This document shows, one piece after another, positions 49,037 through 58,329 of a stretch of 64,000 nucleotides of DNA (position 1 is its first letter; the number at the start of each line of letters is the position of its first letter). This DNA comes from Elusimicrobiota bacterium (GTDB lineage Bacteria; Elusimicrobiota; Elusimicrobia; UBA1565; UBA9628): NCBI GenBank assembly GCA_026388095.1, contig JAPLKL010000051.1, positions 73,713 to 137,712 on the forward strand. Direction: 5' to 3'. The translations under genes and the position numbers were made by a program. The notes beneath the pieces were generated by a model. It saw only the letters and a list, made by a program, of their open reading frames with translations. It did no database searches and was not told where the DNA came from.

Positions 49037-49999
49037 ATGCCTCCGACCATGACCTCCACCCTGCTTTTCAGTTTCGCGGCAGGCCTGGCTGGAGCGTGGT
49101 TCATGGCGCGCTATGGGTTCACACTGCGCTTGGCGGATGCCCCCAATCCGCGGAGCTCACACTCCTCCGCGGTTCCCAAGGGCGGGGGCATCGGCATACT
49201 GCTGGCATTCCTTGTCGTCAGTTGGATGGCACACGCCCCCGCGCGTTTCATGATCCCGGCAGCCGCGATCGCCCTGATCGGCCTTATCGGCGATAGGACG
49301 CATATCGACCCGAAGGTCCGCCTCGCAGCGCAATTCACTGCCGCGCTCTTCTCGTTGAGCGGCGCAGGGTTGAATCCCCTATCCACAGTTCTTGCGGCAA
49401 TCTTTGTGGTCGGGACGGCCAACTTTTTCAACTTCATGGACGGCATCAACGGCATCGCCGGGATAACAGGAATAGTGGGGTTCGGCCTGCTCGGGGCCTT
49501 TGTCCACCAGCGGGCGCCGGGTGACCCCCTGGCTGGGGTCGCTTTCGGATTGGCCGCCGCTTGCGCCGGATTCCTCCCATTCAACTTCCCCCGCGCCAAG
49601 GTATTCATGGGCGACGTCGGCAGCGTCCTGCTCGGGTATGTGTTCGGATATGCCGCCGTACGGTCGAGCGCGAGCCCCGCCGACTTCGCCTGCTTATGCG
49701 CCTTTCTGTTCATGTTCTATGCGGATGAGTTGACGACGATGCTGGTCCGTCTGAGGGCAGGAGAGGATCTGTTCGTGGCTCACCGCCGGCATTACTACCA
49801 ACTCCTGGCCAACGAGCGCGGGATCCCGCACTGGAGGGTCTCGGCAGGATACGGCCTGGTTCAACTCTGTGTGGGCGCCTGCGCCTGGTGGGCGATGCGT
49901 CACGGCATCTGGCACCTTCTGGGGTTCCTCTCTGCTGCCTTTGCCGTTTTCTGCGGATTCAGTTTCGGCCTTCGGCGACGCCTGCCGACAAAAACCTGA
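49037..49999 (+). CDS. MraY/WecA-family UndP HexNAc-1-P transferase (WbpL-like)
   Basis: PNPRSSH, PKGGG, NFMDGING, FMGDVGS, HRRHYYQ. Confidence 0.9.
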   Translation: MPPTMTSTLLFSFAAGLAGAWFMARYGFTLRLADAPNPRSSHSSAVPKGGGIGILLAFLVVSWMAHAPARFMIPAAAIALIGLIGDRTHIDPKVRLAAQFTAALFSLSGAGLNPLSTVLAAIFVVGTANFFNFMDGINGIAGITGIVGFGLLGAFVHQRAPGDPLAGVAFGLAAACAGFLPFNFPRAKVFMGDVGSVLLGYVFGYAAVRSSASPADFACLCAFLFMFYADELTTMLVRLRAGEDLFVAHRRHYYQLLANERGIPHWRVSAGYGLVQLCVGACAWWAMRHGIWHLLGFLSAAFAVFCGFSFGLRRRLPTKT

Positions 50000-50039
50000 G
50001 ATAGCCGGCCGGCCTCATCCCTTTGATACAATATGCGTC

Positions 50040-51905
50040 ATGCAGAAAAGGCTTGAGCCATACCGGCGCAGAGCCATCGAGCTAGCCGACGCGGCGGCTT
50101 TCGCGGCGTCGTACTACCTGGCCTTCCTTCTGCGGTTTGACTTCCAGATGCCCCCCGAGGAATGGCCCGGGTTTCTCCACACGGTATGGCTTGTGGTAGC
50201 GCTGCGAATCGCCGCTTTATTGTTTTTCGGCGCATACCAGGGACTCTGGAGATACGCCAGCATCGCCGACCTCACCACGCTGCTGAAAGCGGTAGGGGCC
50301 AGCCAGATCGTCATCATGGCTGCGGTGCTCTTGCTGCAGCACGCGCATTTCCCGCGCTCGGTCCTCTTCATAGACCCCCTCCTCGCGCTCATCCTGGTCG
50401 GTCTCATCAGGTTCGGCATCCGAGTCACCCGCGAGTGGCGCTACCAAGGCGACACGGCGGAGTTGCCGCGCATGCTCATATTCGGGGCCGGCGACCTCGG
50501 AGAGAGCATCGTGCGCGGCATCCAGCGGAACAGACGAAGGACTCACCACCTCGTCGGTTTCATAGACGATGACAGCGCCAAATGGCATCACCGCATTCAT
50601 GGCGTGAACATACTCGGCGGCCGGCACGACCTGCCGCGCGTCATCGAGAAGCACCGGGTGGACGAGGTCGTTGTGGCCGTGAACCACTCGCGCGGCCAGC
50701 TCATCAAGGAACTCATGGAGATATGCAAAGACCATGGGAGCCGGAAGGTGCAGTTCAAGACAGTCCCCACCATCGAAGAGACCCTGCGGTCCGATTCGGC
50801 GCGCCATCGCGGCATCCGCAAGATAGAACTTTCGGACCTGCTGCAACGCAAGTCGGTGCACACGGACCTGAACGCGGTCGGAAGGATACTGAAGGGAAAG
50901 ACCGTGCTGGTGACAGGCGCGGGCGGGACCATCGGCGCGGAACTCTCCCGCCAGATACTGCATTTTAGGCCGGCGAAGCTGCTGCTTCTGGAGAATCACA
51001 ACACCGCCCTGTTCTACATCGACCGCGAGCTCGCGGCCGTGAACTCTTCGACCGTGCGCCTGCCCATCGTAGGCGACGTGGGCGACGAAGCGTTGTTGGA
51101 GAACCTGTTTTCAGCGCACAAACCGCAGGTGGTGTTCCATGCCGCGGCACATAAACACGTGCCGCTCATGGAATCGAACCCCCAAGAAGCCGTAAAAAAC
51201 AACACTCTCAATACACACCTGCTGGCCGATAAAGCGGTCAAGCACGGTGTGGAGCGCTTTCTGTACGTCTCCACGGACAAGGCGGTAAGACCGGCCAACG
51301 TGATGGGCGTTTCCAAGCGCCTGGGCGAGATGGTCATCCGCGCTTTCGCGGGAAGCCCCGCCACCAAATTCATGTCAGTGCGCTTCGGCAACGTGCTGGG
51401 CAGTTCCGGCAGCGCCATCAATATCTTCAAGGAACAGATCGAGCATGGCGGCCCAGTGACCGTCACGCACCCGGAAGTGACGCGGTACTTCATGACCACC
51501 GAGGAAGCGGTCCAGCTCATCTTGCAGGCCTGCGCCTTGGGCGGCGGTGGTGAGATATTCGTGCTGAACATGGGCGAACCCGTGAAGGTCGTGGAGGTCG
51601 CGCGCAACCTCATCCTCCTCTCAGGTCTAGAACCGGACCGCGACATCAAGATTGTGTTCACCGGCCTGCGCCCGGGGGAGAAACTCTACGAGGAACTCTT
51701 CCGCGACGGCGACATCCGCAGGGACACCGGCCATCCCGACATCTTCGCCGCCCTCCCCGAGGAAGCGGACCTGGCGATCATACGCGGGAAAATCAAGGAA
51801 CTCGGAGAACTCTGCTGCCGGCCCGACACGGCTCCGCTTTTGGAGGCACTAAAACAGTTCGTGCCCTCTTACAAATCCGCCCCAGTTTCGCGTAGCGCGA
51901 AATGA
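50040..51905 (+). CDS. membrane-bound UDP-GlcNAc 4,6-dehydratase (WbpM/PglF/CapD)
   Basis: TM N-terminus, GAGGTIGAEL, HAAAHKHVP, STDKAV, RFGNVLGSSGS, RPGEKLYEEL. Confidence 0.93.
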   Translation: MQKRLEPYRRRAIELADAAAFAASYYLAFLLRFDFQMPPEEWPGFLHTVWLVVALRIAALLFFGAYQGLWRYASIADLTTLLKAVGASQIVIMAAVLLLQHAHFPRSVLFIDPLLALILVGLIRFGIRVTREWRYQGDTAELPRMLIFGAGDLGESIVRGIQRNRRRTHHLVGFIDDDSAKWHHRIHGVNILGGRHDLPRVIEKHRVDEVVVAVNHSRGQLIKELMEICKDHGSRKVQFKTVPTIEETLRSDSARHRGIRKIELSDLLQRKSVHTDLNAVGRILKGKTVLVTGAGGTIGAELSRQILHFRPAKLLLLENHNTALFYIDRELAAVNSSTVRLPIVGDVGDEALLENLFSAHKPQVVFHAAAHKHVPLMESNPQEAVKNNTLNTHLLADKAVKHGVERFLYVSTDKAVRPANVMGVSKRLGEMVIRAFAGSPATKFMSVRFGNVLGSSGSAINIFKEQIEHGGPVTVTHPEVTRYFMTTEEAVQLILQACALGGGGEIFVLNMGEPVKVVEVARNLILLSGLEPDRDIKIVFTGLRPGEKLYEELFRDGDIRRDTGHPDIFAALPEEADLAIIRGKIKELGELCCRPDTAPLLEALKQFVPSYKSAPVSRSAK

Positions 51906-53224
51906 CCGGGCTGAAAAAGCTCATGCCTGCGTGCTCTCCTTTTTCCCTGTTCGTCGTCATGGTGGTATGGGGCTTGAATCTCGGTTACCCCATGCACCAC
52001 CTACAGGGTGTGCGCTGGACATTGTTCGGTTATTTTCTGCCCGCTTACTACATCCTCACCGTGCTGCCGATGGCGGGAGCCGCGGCATTGGCGCTGGCAT
52101 TCAAGCGTCAGTGGACCAAATGGGAGTTGTTTTGGTGGCTATTGCCCTTGGTTTGCTTGCCCGGGATTCTGCGCAGCGGCGATCCCTTGTGGTCCACTCG
52201 CCAATGCTTCAGCTGGATAGTGCGCGGGCTCATACCCGGCGGCGTGATATTCGCAGTCGCGTATCGAAGAAGAGCGGATCGCCTGCTTCTGTATTGGATC
52301 TACCCTGTGATCATCGCCGCCTCTTTGCTGGGATTGTCAGAAATTTTTTTGGACTACAACCCGCTCGGGACGGATGCCACCGTCCCTATAACTCAAACAG
52401 CTCAGCCTGACAACCCCTTTTATCGGCCTGATGAAGCACTTCGCGTGTCTCGCAGCCCCCTTGGCACCCAAGGCAACAGGATCCCCTATGCTTCCACTCT
52501 CGTCGCCTTCTTGCCGCTAGGACTCTGGCTTTTGAGATATAAGAGGCATTTCTTCTGGGCGCACCTCTGCGCCATAGCCCTGCTATCGTCCATCCTGCTC
52601 TTGGCCCAAGTGCGCTCGGCTTGGGTGGGAATGCTGGCGGCCATGATATTGATGCATGCCTTGGGCTTGACTCGAAATCCGAGGGGAACTATCAAGATCA
52701 TGGCCGGCATATTGCTATGTCTGGGCATTCTTATGGCTTGGCCAAGGACTCAGCATCTGCTTTTGGTTAGGCTCCAGTCCTTTCAACTCTCGGAAGAAAG
52801 CATACGGCAGCGTCTCGCGGTCCTCCAGACGGCCAAGGTCTTGCAGGATCGTTGGCTGCTGGGCGTAGGATTCGGACAGTTCCCCACGGCATGCAAACCT
52901 TATTTCCACAGCACGCTGCCTTGGAGGGGAACCCCTGACAACCAATATCTGCGATGGGCCATTGAAAATGGGATATTGAGCTTCGGGCTGCTGTTGGCTT
53001 TCTTTGCCGGATTGGTCCGCGCCGGATGGCAGAAGATCAAGTTGATGGATGATCCCCAAGAGGCGGATTTCTATAAATCTTTATTGGTCGGCTGGGCGAG
53101 CATCGCCGTCACATTCTTGTTCTTCGACGGATTCTACTGGGGCGCGTGCAACATGACCTTCTGGTGCTTCCTCGGCCTGTTCGCAACCTGCCTGAAGCCC
53201 CCGGCTGAAGGTGTCCCCGCTTGA
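51902..53224 (+). CDS. O-antigen ligase family (Wzy_C) protein 3
   Basis: multi-TM, RSAW, SIRQR, GVGFGQF, DNQYL..ENG. Confidence 0.8.
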   Translation: MTGLKKLMPACSPFSLFVVMVVWGLNLGYPMHHLQGVRWTLFGYFLPAYYILTVLPMAGAAALALAFKRQWTKWELFWWLLPLVCLPGILRSGDPLWSTRQCFSWIVRGLIPGGVIFAVAYRRRADRLLLYWIYPVIIAASLLGLSEIFLDYNPLGTDATVPITQTAQPDNPFYRPDEALRVSRSPLGTQGNRIPYASTLVAFLPLGLWLLRYKRHFFWAHLCAIALLSSILLLAQVRSAWVGMLAAMILMHALGLTRNPRGTIKIMAGILLCLGILMAWPRTQHLLLVRLQSFQLSEESIRQRLAVLQTAKVLQDRWLLGVGFGQFPTACKPYFHSTLPWRGTPDNQYLRWAIENGILSFGLLLAFFAGLVRAGWQKIKLMDDPQEADFYKSLLVGWASIAVTFLFFDGFYWGACNMTFWCFLGLFATCLKPPAEGVPA

Positions 53225-55491
53225 TTCCGAAGAAGATCGCCTTCGTCCATGACTGGCTGACCGGGATGCGCGGCGGCGAGAAGGTGCTGGAGGCCGCCTG
53301 CGAGCTGTTCCCGGACGCCGAGATCTACACCTTGATCCACCGGCCGGACCGGATCTCCGGGCTCATCAATTCCAAAGGCGTCCACGTCTCCTGGCTGAAC
53401 TCCTTGCCGGGCGTGCATCGCTATTACCGCTACCTCCTGCCCTTGATGCCTTCGGCCATCCGAGGCTTCGACCTGGGCGATTGCGACCTGGTCTTGTCCT
53501 TCAACCATTGCGTGGCCAAGGGCGTGCCCATGACCCGGCGCCCCGGGAAGAGGCGGCCGCTGCATATCTGCTATTGCCACACGCCGATGCGCTACGTCTA
53601 TGACGAATTCCACGCCTATTTCGCGGACGGCTCCCGGGCCTGGCTGAAGAGGGGCGCCGGCTGGCTGAGGCCGCATCTCATGCGCTGGGACAAGAAGACC
53701 AGCCGCGGCGTCGATCTCTTCATCGCCAACAGCGAGAACGTCCGCCAGCGCATCCAGAAGGCCTACACCCGGGATTCCGCCGTCATCCATCCGCCCGTGG
53801 ACACCGGCTTCTTCACCCCCTCACCTCCGGGCGGCGGCGCGGGTCCGCGGCCCTACTACCTGAGCGCGGGCGCCTTGGTGCCCTACAAACGCGTGGACCT
53901 GGCCATTGCCGCTTGCCGAAGGCTGAACGCTCCGCTCAAGATCGTCGGGGTCGGGACCGAGGAGCAGCGGCTAAGACGACTGGCCGCGGGGGCGCCGGTG
54001 GAGTTCCTGGGGTGGCAAAGCGGCGAGGCCTTGCGGGAGCTCTACCGGGATTGCGAGGCCCTGCTTTTCCCGCAGAATGAGGATTTCGGCATCACCCCGG
54101 TGGAAGCCATGGCCTGCGGCAGGCCCGTGATCGCCTACAAGAAAGGCGGCGCTTTGGAGACCGTGATAGAAGGCGTGACCGGGACTCTTTTCGACGCGCA
54201 GACTCCCAAGGCCCTGGCCGACGCCATGCAGCGCGCGCGACAGACGCGCTTTGAACCAGCCGCCATACGCTCCCATGCCCTCCAGTTCGACGTCAGGCAT
54301 TTCAAATCCCGTCTTGCCGGATTCGTGGAGCAAGCCTGGGAGAAACACGCTCAGGACCAGGCGGCGGTTGAGAAAAAGGTCCGGGTGCTGCAAGTCCTCG
54401 AATGCGGCGGGCCCGGCGGCACCGGCAACCAGGTCGCCGCCATCTGCAACGGACTGGATGCAGACCGGTTCGAGACGGTCTTGGTCTATTCCGTGCGGCC
54501 CGGCAACGAGCCGGAGCAGTACCGCGCCACGGCCGCCGGAGCGCGGTCCGCCTATCATGTGCCGGAGATGGTCCGCGAGATCTCACCCTGGAATGATGCT
54601 CGCGCGTTCCTAAGGCTGATACGCATCCTACGCAAGGAACGCCCGGACGTGGTCCATGCCCATTCCTCGAAAGCCGGGGTCCTGGCGCGCTTGGCGGCCT
54701 GGCTGTGCCGGGTGCCCAGGATATACTATTCCCCCCACGGCTACTCCTTCCTGCAGACCGACAGGTCGTCTTTGGCCCGCCTCTATTACTGGCTGCTCGA
54801 GTTCTTTGTCTCCGCCATCGGCGAGATCGTGGCCGTCTCACCGGGGGAAGCGCAGCTGGCCCGGAAGCTCTCCTGGGGAAAGCCGGTCCACACGGTCTGC
54901 GACCCATATCTGGGCCCCGCCGAGCCGCCTGCCCTCCGGGCCCATGAAGGCCTGGTGGTGGGCGCCTGCGGCCGCCTGACCGAGGCCCGCAATCCGGAAG
55001 CCTTCATCCGTCTGGCCGCCGAGCTCTGCCGGCGCGGGCCGGCTGTGCGCTGCGTCTGGATCGGCTCGGGGGAGCTGGAGGCGACGGCGCGCGGTCTCGT
55101 CCAGGGACTCGGCCTCGCGGCTCGTTTCGAGTTCACCGGCTGGCTCAAGCCCGGGGAGGTGCTGGAACGGCTGCGCGGGCTGGATGTCTTCGTCCACTAC
55201 TCCCGCTGGGAGGGGCTGCCCAATGCCGTCTTGGAAGCCATGGCGCTGGGCTTGCCGGCCGTGGTCTCGGACGTGCCCGGCAACCGGGACGCGGTCCAGG
55301 CGGGAGTGACGGGCTTCTTGGCCAAGGACGAGGCCGGGCTCCGGGACGCGGTGTCCCGGCTCCTCAAGGACCCGCAGTTGCGGCGCTGCCTCGGGCAAGC
55401 GGGCCGGGAGCGCATCCGCCGGGAATTCACGCCCGCCAAGGCCATCGCGCTGCTCCAAGGGTTGTACAGGCAGGATCCGACTCCAGGGTGA
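53221..55491 (+). CDS. tandem GT4-GT4 fusion glycosyltransferase
   Basis: domain 1 HDWLTGMRGGEKV..EDFGITPVEAMACG; domain 2 HAHSSKAG..EGLPNAVLEAMALG. Confidence 0.9.
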   Translation: MIPKKIAFVHDWLTGMRGGEKVLEAACELFPDAEIYTLIHRPDRISGLINSKGVHVSWLNSLPGVHRYYRYLLPLMPSAIRGFDLGDCDLVLSFNHCVAKGVPMTRRPGKRRPLHICYCHTPMRYVYDEFHAYFADGSRAWLKRGAGWLRPHLMRWDKKTSRGVDLFIANSENVRQRIQKAYTRDSAVIHPPVDTGFFTPSPPGGGAGPRPYYLSAGALVPYKRVDLAIAACRRLNAPLKIVGVGTEEQRLRRLAAGAPVEFLGWQSGEALRELYRDCEALLFPQNEDFGITPVEAMACGRPVIAYKKGGALETVIEGVTGTLFDAQTPKALADAMQRARQTRFEPAAIRSHALQFDVRHFKSRLAGFVEQAWEKHAQDQAAVEKKVRVLQVLECGGPGGTGNQVAAICNGLDADRFETVLVYSVRPGNEPEQYRATAAGARSAYHVPEMVREISPWNDARAFLRLIRILRKERPDVVHAHSSKAGVLARLAAWLCRVPRIYYSPHGYSFLQTDRSSLARLYYWLLEFFVSAIGEIVAVSPGEAQLARKLSWGKPVHTVCDPYLGPAEPPALRAHEGLVVGACGRLTEARNPEAFIRLAAELCRRGPAVRCVWIGSGELEATARGLVQGLGLAARFEFTGWLKPGEVLERLRGLDVFVHYSRWEGLPNAVLEAMALGLPAVVSDVPGNRDAVQAGVTGFLAKDEAGLRDAVSRLLKDPQLRRCLGQAGRERIRREFTPAKAIALLQGLYRQDPTPG
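55437..55476 (+). repeat. direct repeat copy A (3' end of the GT4-GT4 gene)
   Basis: 35/40 identical to 56804-56843. Confidence 0.85.
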
Positions 55492-55597
55492 TTGGGAAGC
55501 AGCCGTCAACGGCGCTGGAACGACTCGGCGCCTTGAGGCGACGGGCCTCTACGGCAGCACCTGCCGCGGGTTCAGGGAAGTCGGATATAATCTTTTA

Positions 55598-56105
55598 GCC
55601 GCTATTAACTGCCACAAATGCAGTCAACATCGCTTTTCATATACCATGAATGCAAATCTTATTACTTCGTAAAAAGTCCTGACCTCATGGTGCTGGACGC
55701 ATAAAGCGCCCGCTCGACTCGCAGAGTCGCGGGGAACCGACGGCCGAAGGCCGGCGGCAAGACCATTTCCACGGGTCCTGCCGGCGGTGTGGACATGTAC
55801 GATTCCGGGACACCGCCAAATTTTAGGCACATGGCATAAAACTGTGAATTCAAACGGCATCCTCGGCTGACTTATCCACCAACTTAGCCCAGGGACGAGT
55901 CGGTGGATAAGTCCGGAAATAGGAGCCCGTCGGGACGATGGCCGAGCGCGAGGATCTCAAACGAACGCGCGCCCGCAGGGCGCGCGGAACCGCCCCCGAA
56001 GGGGGCGGAGCCGTTGCCATTGTTGCGTAACGGGGCTTTTGCGGGCTTCGTGCCCGCGACTCCGACACGCTACAGCGCGTCGGAGTGCCAGGACGGATCA
56101 GCGGC
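55598..56105 (+). ncRNA. candidate large structured ncRNA or ssDNA-folding element (unclassified)
   Basis: TATAAT at 55586; terminal pairing GCCGCT/AGCGGC; at least 8 internal stems; no credible ORF; strand uncertain. Confidence 0.5.
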
Positions 56106-56199
56106 CTTTCACAAAATTCTGTCAGGAGCCAAATTTTATTTGAGCAAAATATGAGCCGCGCATGAGTTCCCCCGGAGGTCCCTGCCTTATACTATTAGT

Positions 56200-56658
56200 A
56201 TGAAGACGGGAAGAGGGATTATGAAAAAGGTGAATTTGAAGATCATGCTCGAACTCGCGGCCGCGTTTGTTTTCCTGGGTGTCCCGTCGCAAGCCGGCGA
56301 AAACTCAGTCATGACCTCGCAACTGGCGATAGCGGCAAAAGCGGGCGCATTCAGCACGCTGACCCCGGAATCGACTCTCGGCCGGTTCGAAGGCATCGAC
56401 TCTCCCCAAAAGGGCTGGCTCTCCAAGGCGCCCTCCGCGATCGCCCCGGTGTCTAAAACGCCGGAAGCCCTCCCGGCAGCGGGCGCGAACCTGAAGACCA
56501 AGGCCGCGGAGCCCGTGAAGTCGGTGGAGCCGCGCAAGCCGCGGGTCTCCAGGCTGCAGGAGCCGGGCGAAGCGCTGGGCGGCGGAGCGGCGAAGCGGAT
56601 CCGGGATGAGGCCCGGATGCTGGCGGAACAGGCGACAGAGATCGGAAGCGCGCAGTAA
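56200..56658 (+). CDS. hypothetical secreted low-complexity protein
   Basis: MKKVNLK..AAAFVFLGVPSQA signal-peptide-like (alternative start 56221); Ala/Pro/Lys/Glu-rich. Confidence 0.6.
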   Translation: MKTGRGIMKKVNLKIMLELAAAFVFLGVPSQAGENSVMTSQLAIAAKAGAFSTLTPESTLGRFEGIDSPQKGWLSKAPSAIAPVSKTPEALPAAGANLKTKAAEPVKSVEPRKPRVSRLQEPGEALGGGAAKRIRDEARMLAEQATEIGSAQ

Positions 56659-56803
56659 GCCGATGACGGGCATGAGTCTATGAAGCGATTCCAGACCACC
56701 TGACAAAGCGCAGCCGCCGCGTCGAAGGCCCAGGGGACATGCCGCCCTGGGTTTTCCCATCCAGACTCATCAAGTCGCCTCTTCAGGGTGGAAATCCCTG
56801 GAG

Positions 56804-56843
56804 CAAGGCCATCGCCCTGCTCCAAGGGTTGTATAAGCAAAAT
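56804..56843 (+). repeat. direct repeat copy B (displaced GT 3' end, reads KAIALLQGLYKQN*)
   Basis: 35/40 identical to 55437-55476, followed by TGA in the same reading frame. Confidence 0.85.
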
Positions 56844-56859
56844 TGATATAATCGCGCGG

Positions 56860-58329
56860 ATGGCGATTCCAGCGCCGCACGCTGTGGCTCCGCCCCCCGA
56901 TCGCCGGCCGGCAAGCTCGATCCGCTTGCCGCTGTGGCTGCGCCACGGGTCGCGCACGGCCCTCCACCTGGCCCTGGACGCGGCGGCCGTGGCCGCCGCT
57001 TACCGCTTGGCGTATCTCTGGCGCTTCCGATCGGAGAGATGGGTCGCAGCTTTCCCCATCCCCGGGCGCGTGCCGGGCTGGGAGCTTTACGGCCAGATGC
57101 TCTACGCCGTAGTCCCGTTGTGGCTCATGATCTTCTGGTACTCCGCGCGGCTCTACGACGCCCCCTGGATCAGCGGCGCTGACCGATTCCTCAAGATCGT
57201 CAAGGGCTGCCTCCTGGCCACCGTGGCCACCATGGCGGCCACCTACGTCTACTCGCGGCTGGAGTACTCGCGGATGATGCTCGCCATGGTCCTGCCGCTC
57301 TCCGCGGGCCTGGTCTGCCTGAGCCAGGCCCTGGTGCTGTGGGTGGACGGCTGGGTCTCCCGGCGCGAGGCCGCTTTGCCCGCGCTCCTGGTGGGGAAGG
57401 GGGCCGTGGCGAAGATCGTCAAGGAGCGCATCCGCGACCGCCACCCGGGAGCCGAAATCCTGGAGCTTCCCGAACTGCCCCCAAAAGCCGAGCTGGAACG
57501 CCTCCTGGCCGGGCGCCCCTTCTACGAGCTCATCTTGTTCAATTCCTCCTTGGCCCACGGCCGCATCCTCGAGGCGGCCGAGCTCTGCGACGCGCACGGG
57601 ATCGCCTTCAAGATGCTCCCGGACCTCCTGGAGCTGCGCCTGGGCGAAGTGCAGATGGACCACAGCCTGGGGCTTCCGGCCTACCGCATCCAGCACGCCT
57701 CCCTGACCGCGGCCAACTTCGCGGCCAAGCGCGCCTTCGACCTGTTCTTCTGTCTCCTGGTCTTCTTGGTCGCGGGCCTGCCCTGGCTGCTGGCGGCCCT
57801 GCTCATCCGCTTGGATTCCAAGGGACCGGCGCTCTACAAGCAGAAGCGCTACGGCTACAAGAGCCGGATCTTCTACGCCTACAAGTTCCGCACCATGGTC
57901 CAGGACGCGGAATCAAGGGTCGCCGCGGTCAAGGCCGCCCATGGTCCGCAAGGCGCCTTCTTCAAGGCCAAGGACGACCCGCGCATCACGCTCGTCGGCA
58001 AGTGGCTGCGGCGCTTCTCCTTGGACGAGTTCCCGCAGTTCATCAACGTGCTCAAAGGCGAGATGAGCGTGGTCGGCCCCCGGCCTTTGGCCTTGACCAC
58101 GGGCGAGGTGGAGGCGCTTCAGCGGGACTTCGGCGAGACCGCGAAGAAGCGCATGAACGCCCTGCCCGGCATCACCGGGCTTTGGCAGGTCTCGGGGCGT
58201 TCCGACGTGGCCAGCGACCAGCGCTTCGCCCTGGACATGTTCTACATCGAGCATTGGTCTTTGGGCCTGGACCTGGAGATCATCCTCAAGACGATCCCGG
58301 CCATGATCATGGCCAAGGGGGCCTATTGA
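56860..58329 (+). CDS. undecaprenyl-phosphate sugar-1-phosphate transferase (WbaP/WcaJ family)
   Basis: KRAFD, KFRTM, DPRIT, SLDEFPQF.NVLKGEMSVVGPRP, PGITGLWQVSGR. Confidence 0.93.
   Translation: MAIPAPHAVAPPPDRRPASSIRLPLWLRHGSRTALHLALDAAAVAAAYRLAYLWRFRSERWVAAFPIPGRVPGWELYGQMLYAVVPLWLMIFWYSARLYDAPWISGADRFLKIVKGCLLATVATMAATYVYSRLEYSRMMLAMVLPLSAGLVCLSQALVLWVDGWVSRREAALPALLVGKGAVAKIVKERIRDRHPGAEILELPELPPKAELERLLAGRPFYELILFNSSLAHGRILEAAELCDAHGIAFKMLPDLLELRLGEVQMDHSLGLPAYRIQHASLTAANFAAKRAFDLFFCLLVFLVAGLPWLLAALLIRLDSKGPALYKQKRYGYKSRIFYAYKFRTMVQDAESRVAAVKAAHGPQGAFFKAKDDPRITLVGKWLRRFSLDEFPQFINVLKGEMSVVGPRPLALTTGEVEALQRDFGETAKKRMNALPGITGLWQVSGRSDVASDQRFALDMFYIEHWSLGLDLEIILKTIPAMIMAKGAY

Noticed and set aside
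55670-55690. AAAGTCCTGACCTC resembling the RNase P P4 5' strand
   Set aside because: Lacks the GAGG prefix and the 3' ACAGAA..CGGCUUA signature
55872-55910. TTATCCACC/GGTGGATAA as DnaA boxes (oriC)
   Set aside because: Only two one-mismatch boxes, explained as arms of one stem; no dnaA context
56151-56180. GAGCCG.. as group II intron domain V
   Set aside because: Too short; no domain V stem geometry or domain VI
55437-56843. Direct repeat pair as a DGR template/variable repeat
   Set aside because: Only 40 bp, two of five mismatches are not at adenines, and no reverse transcriptase is in the window
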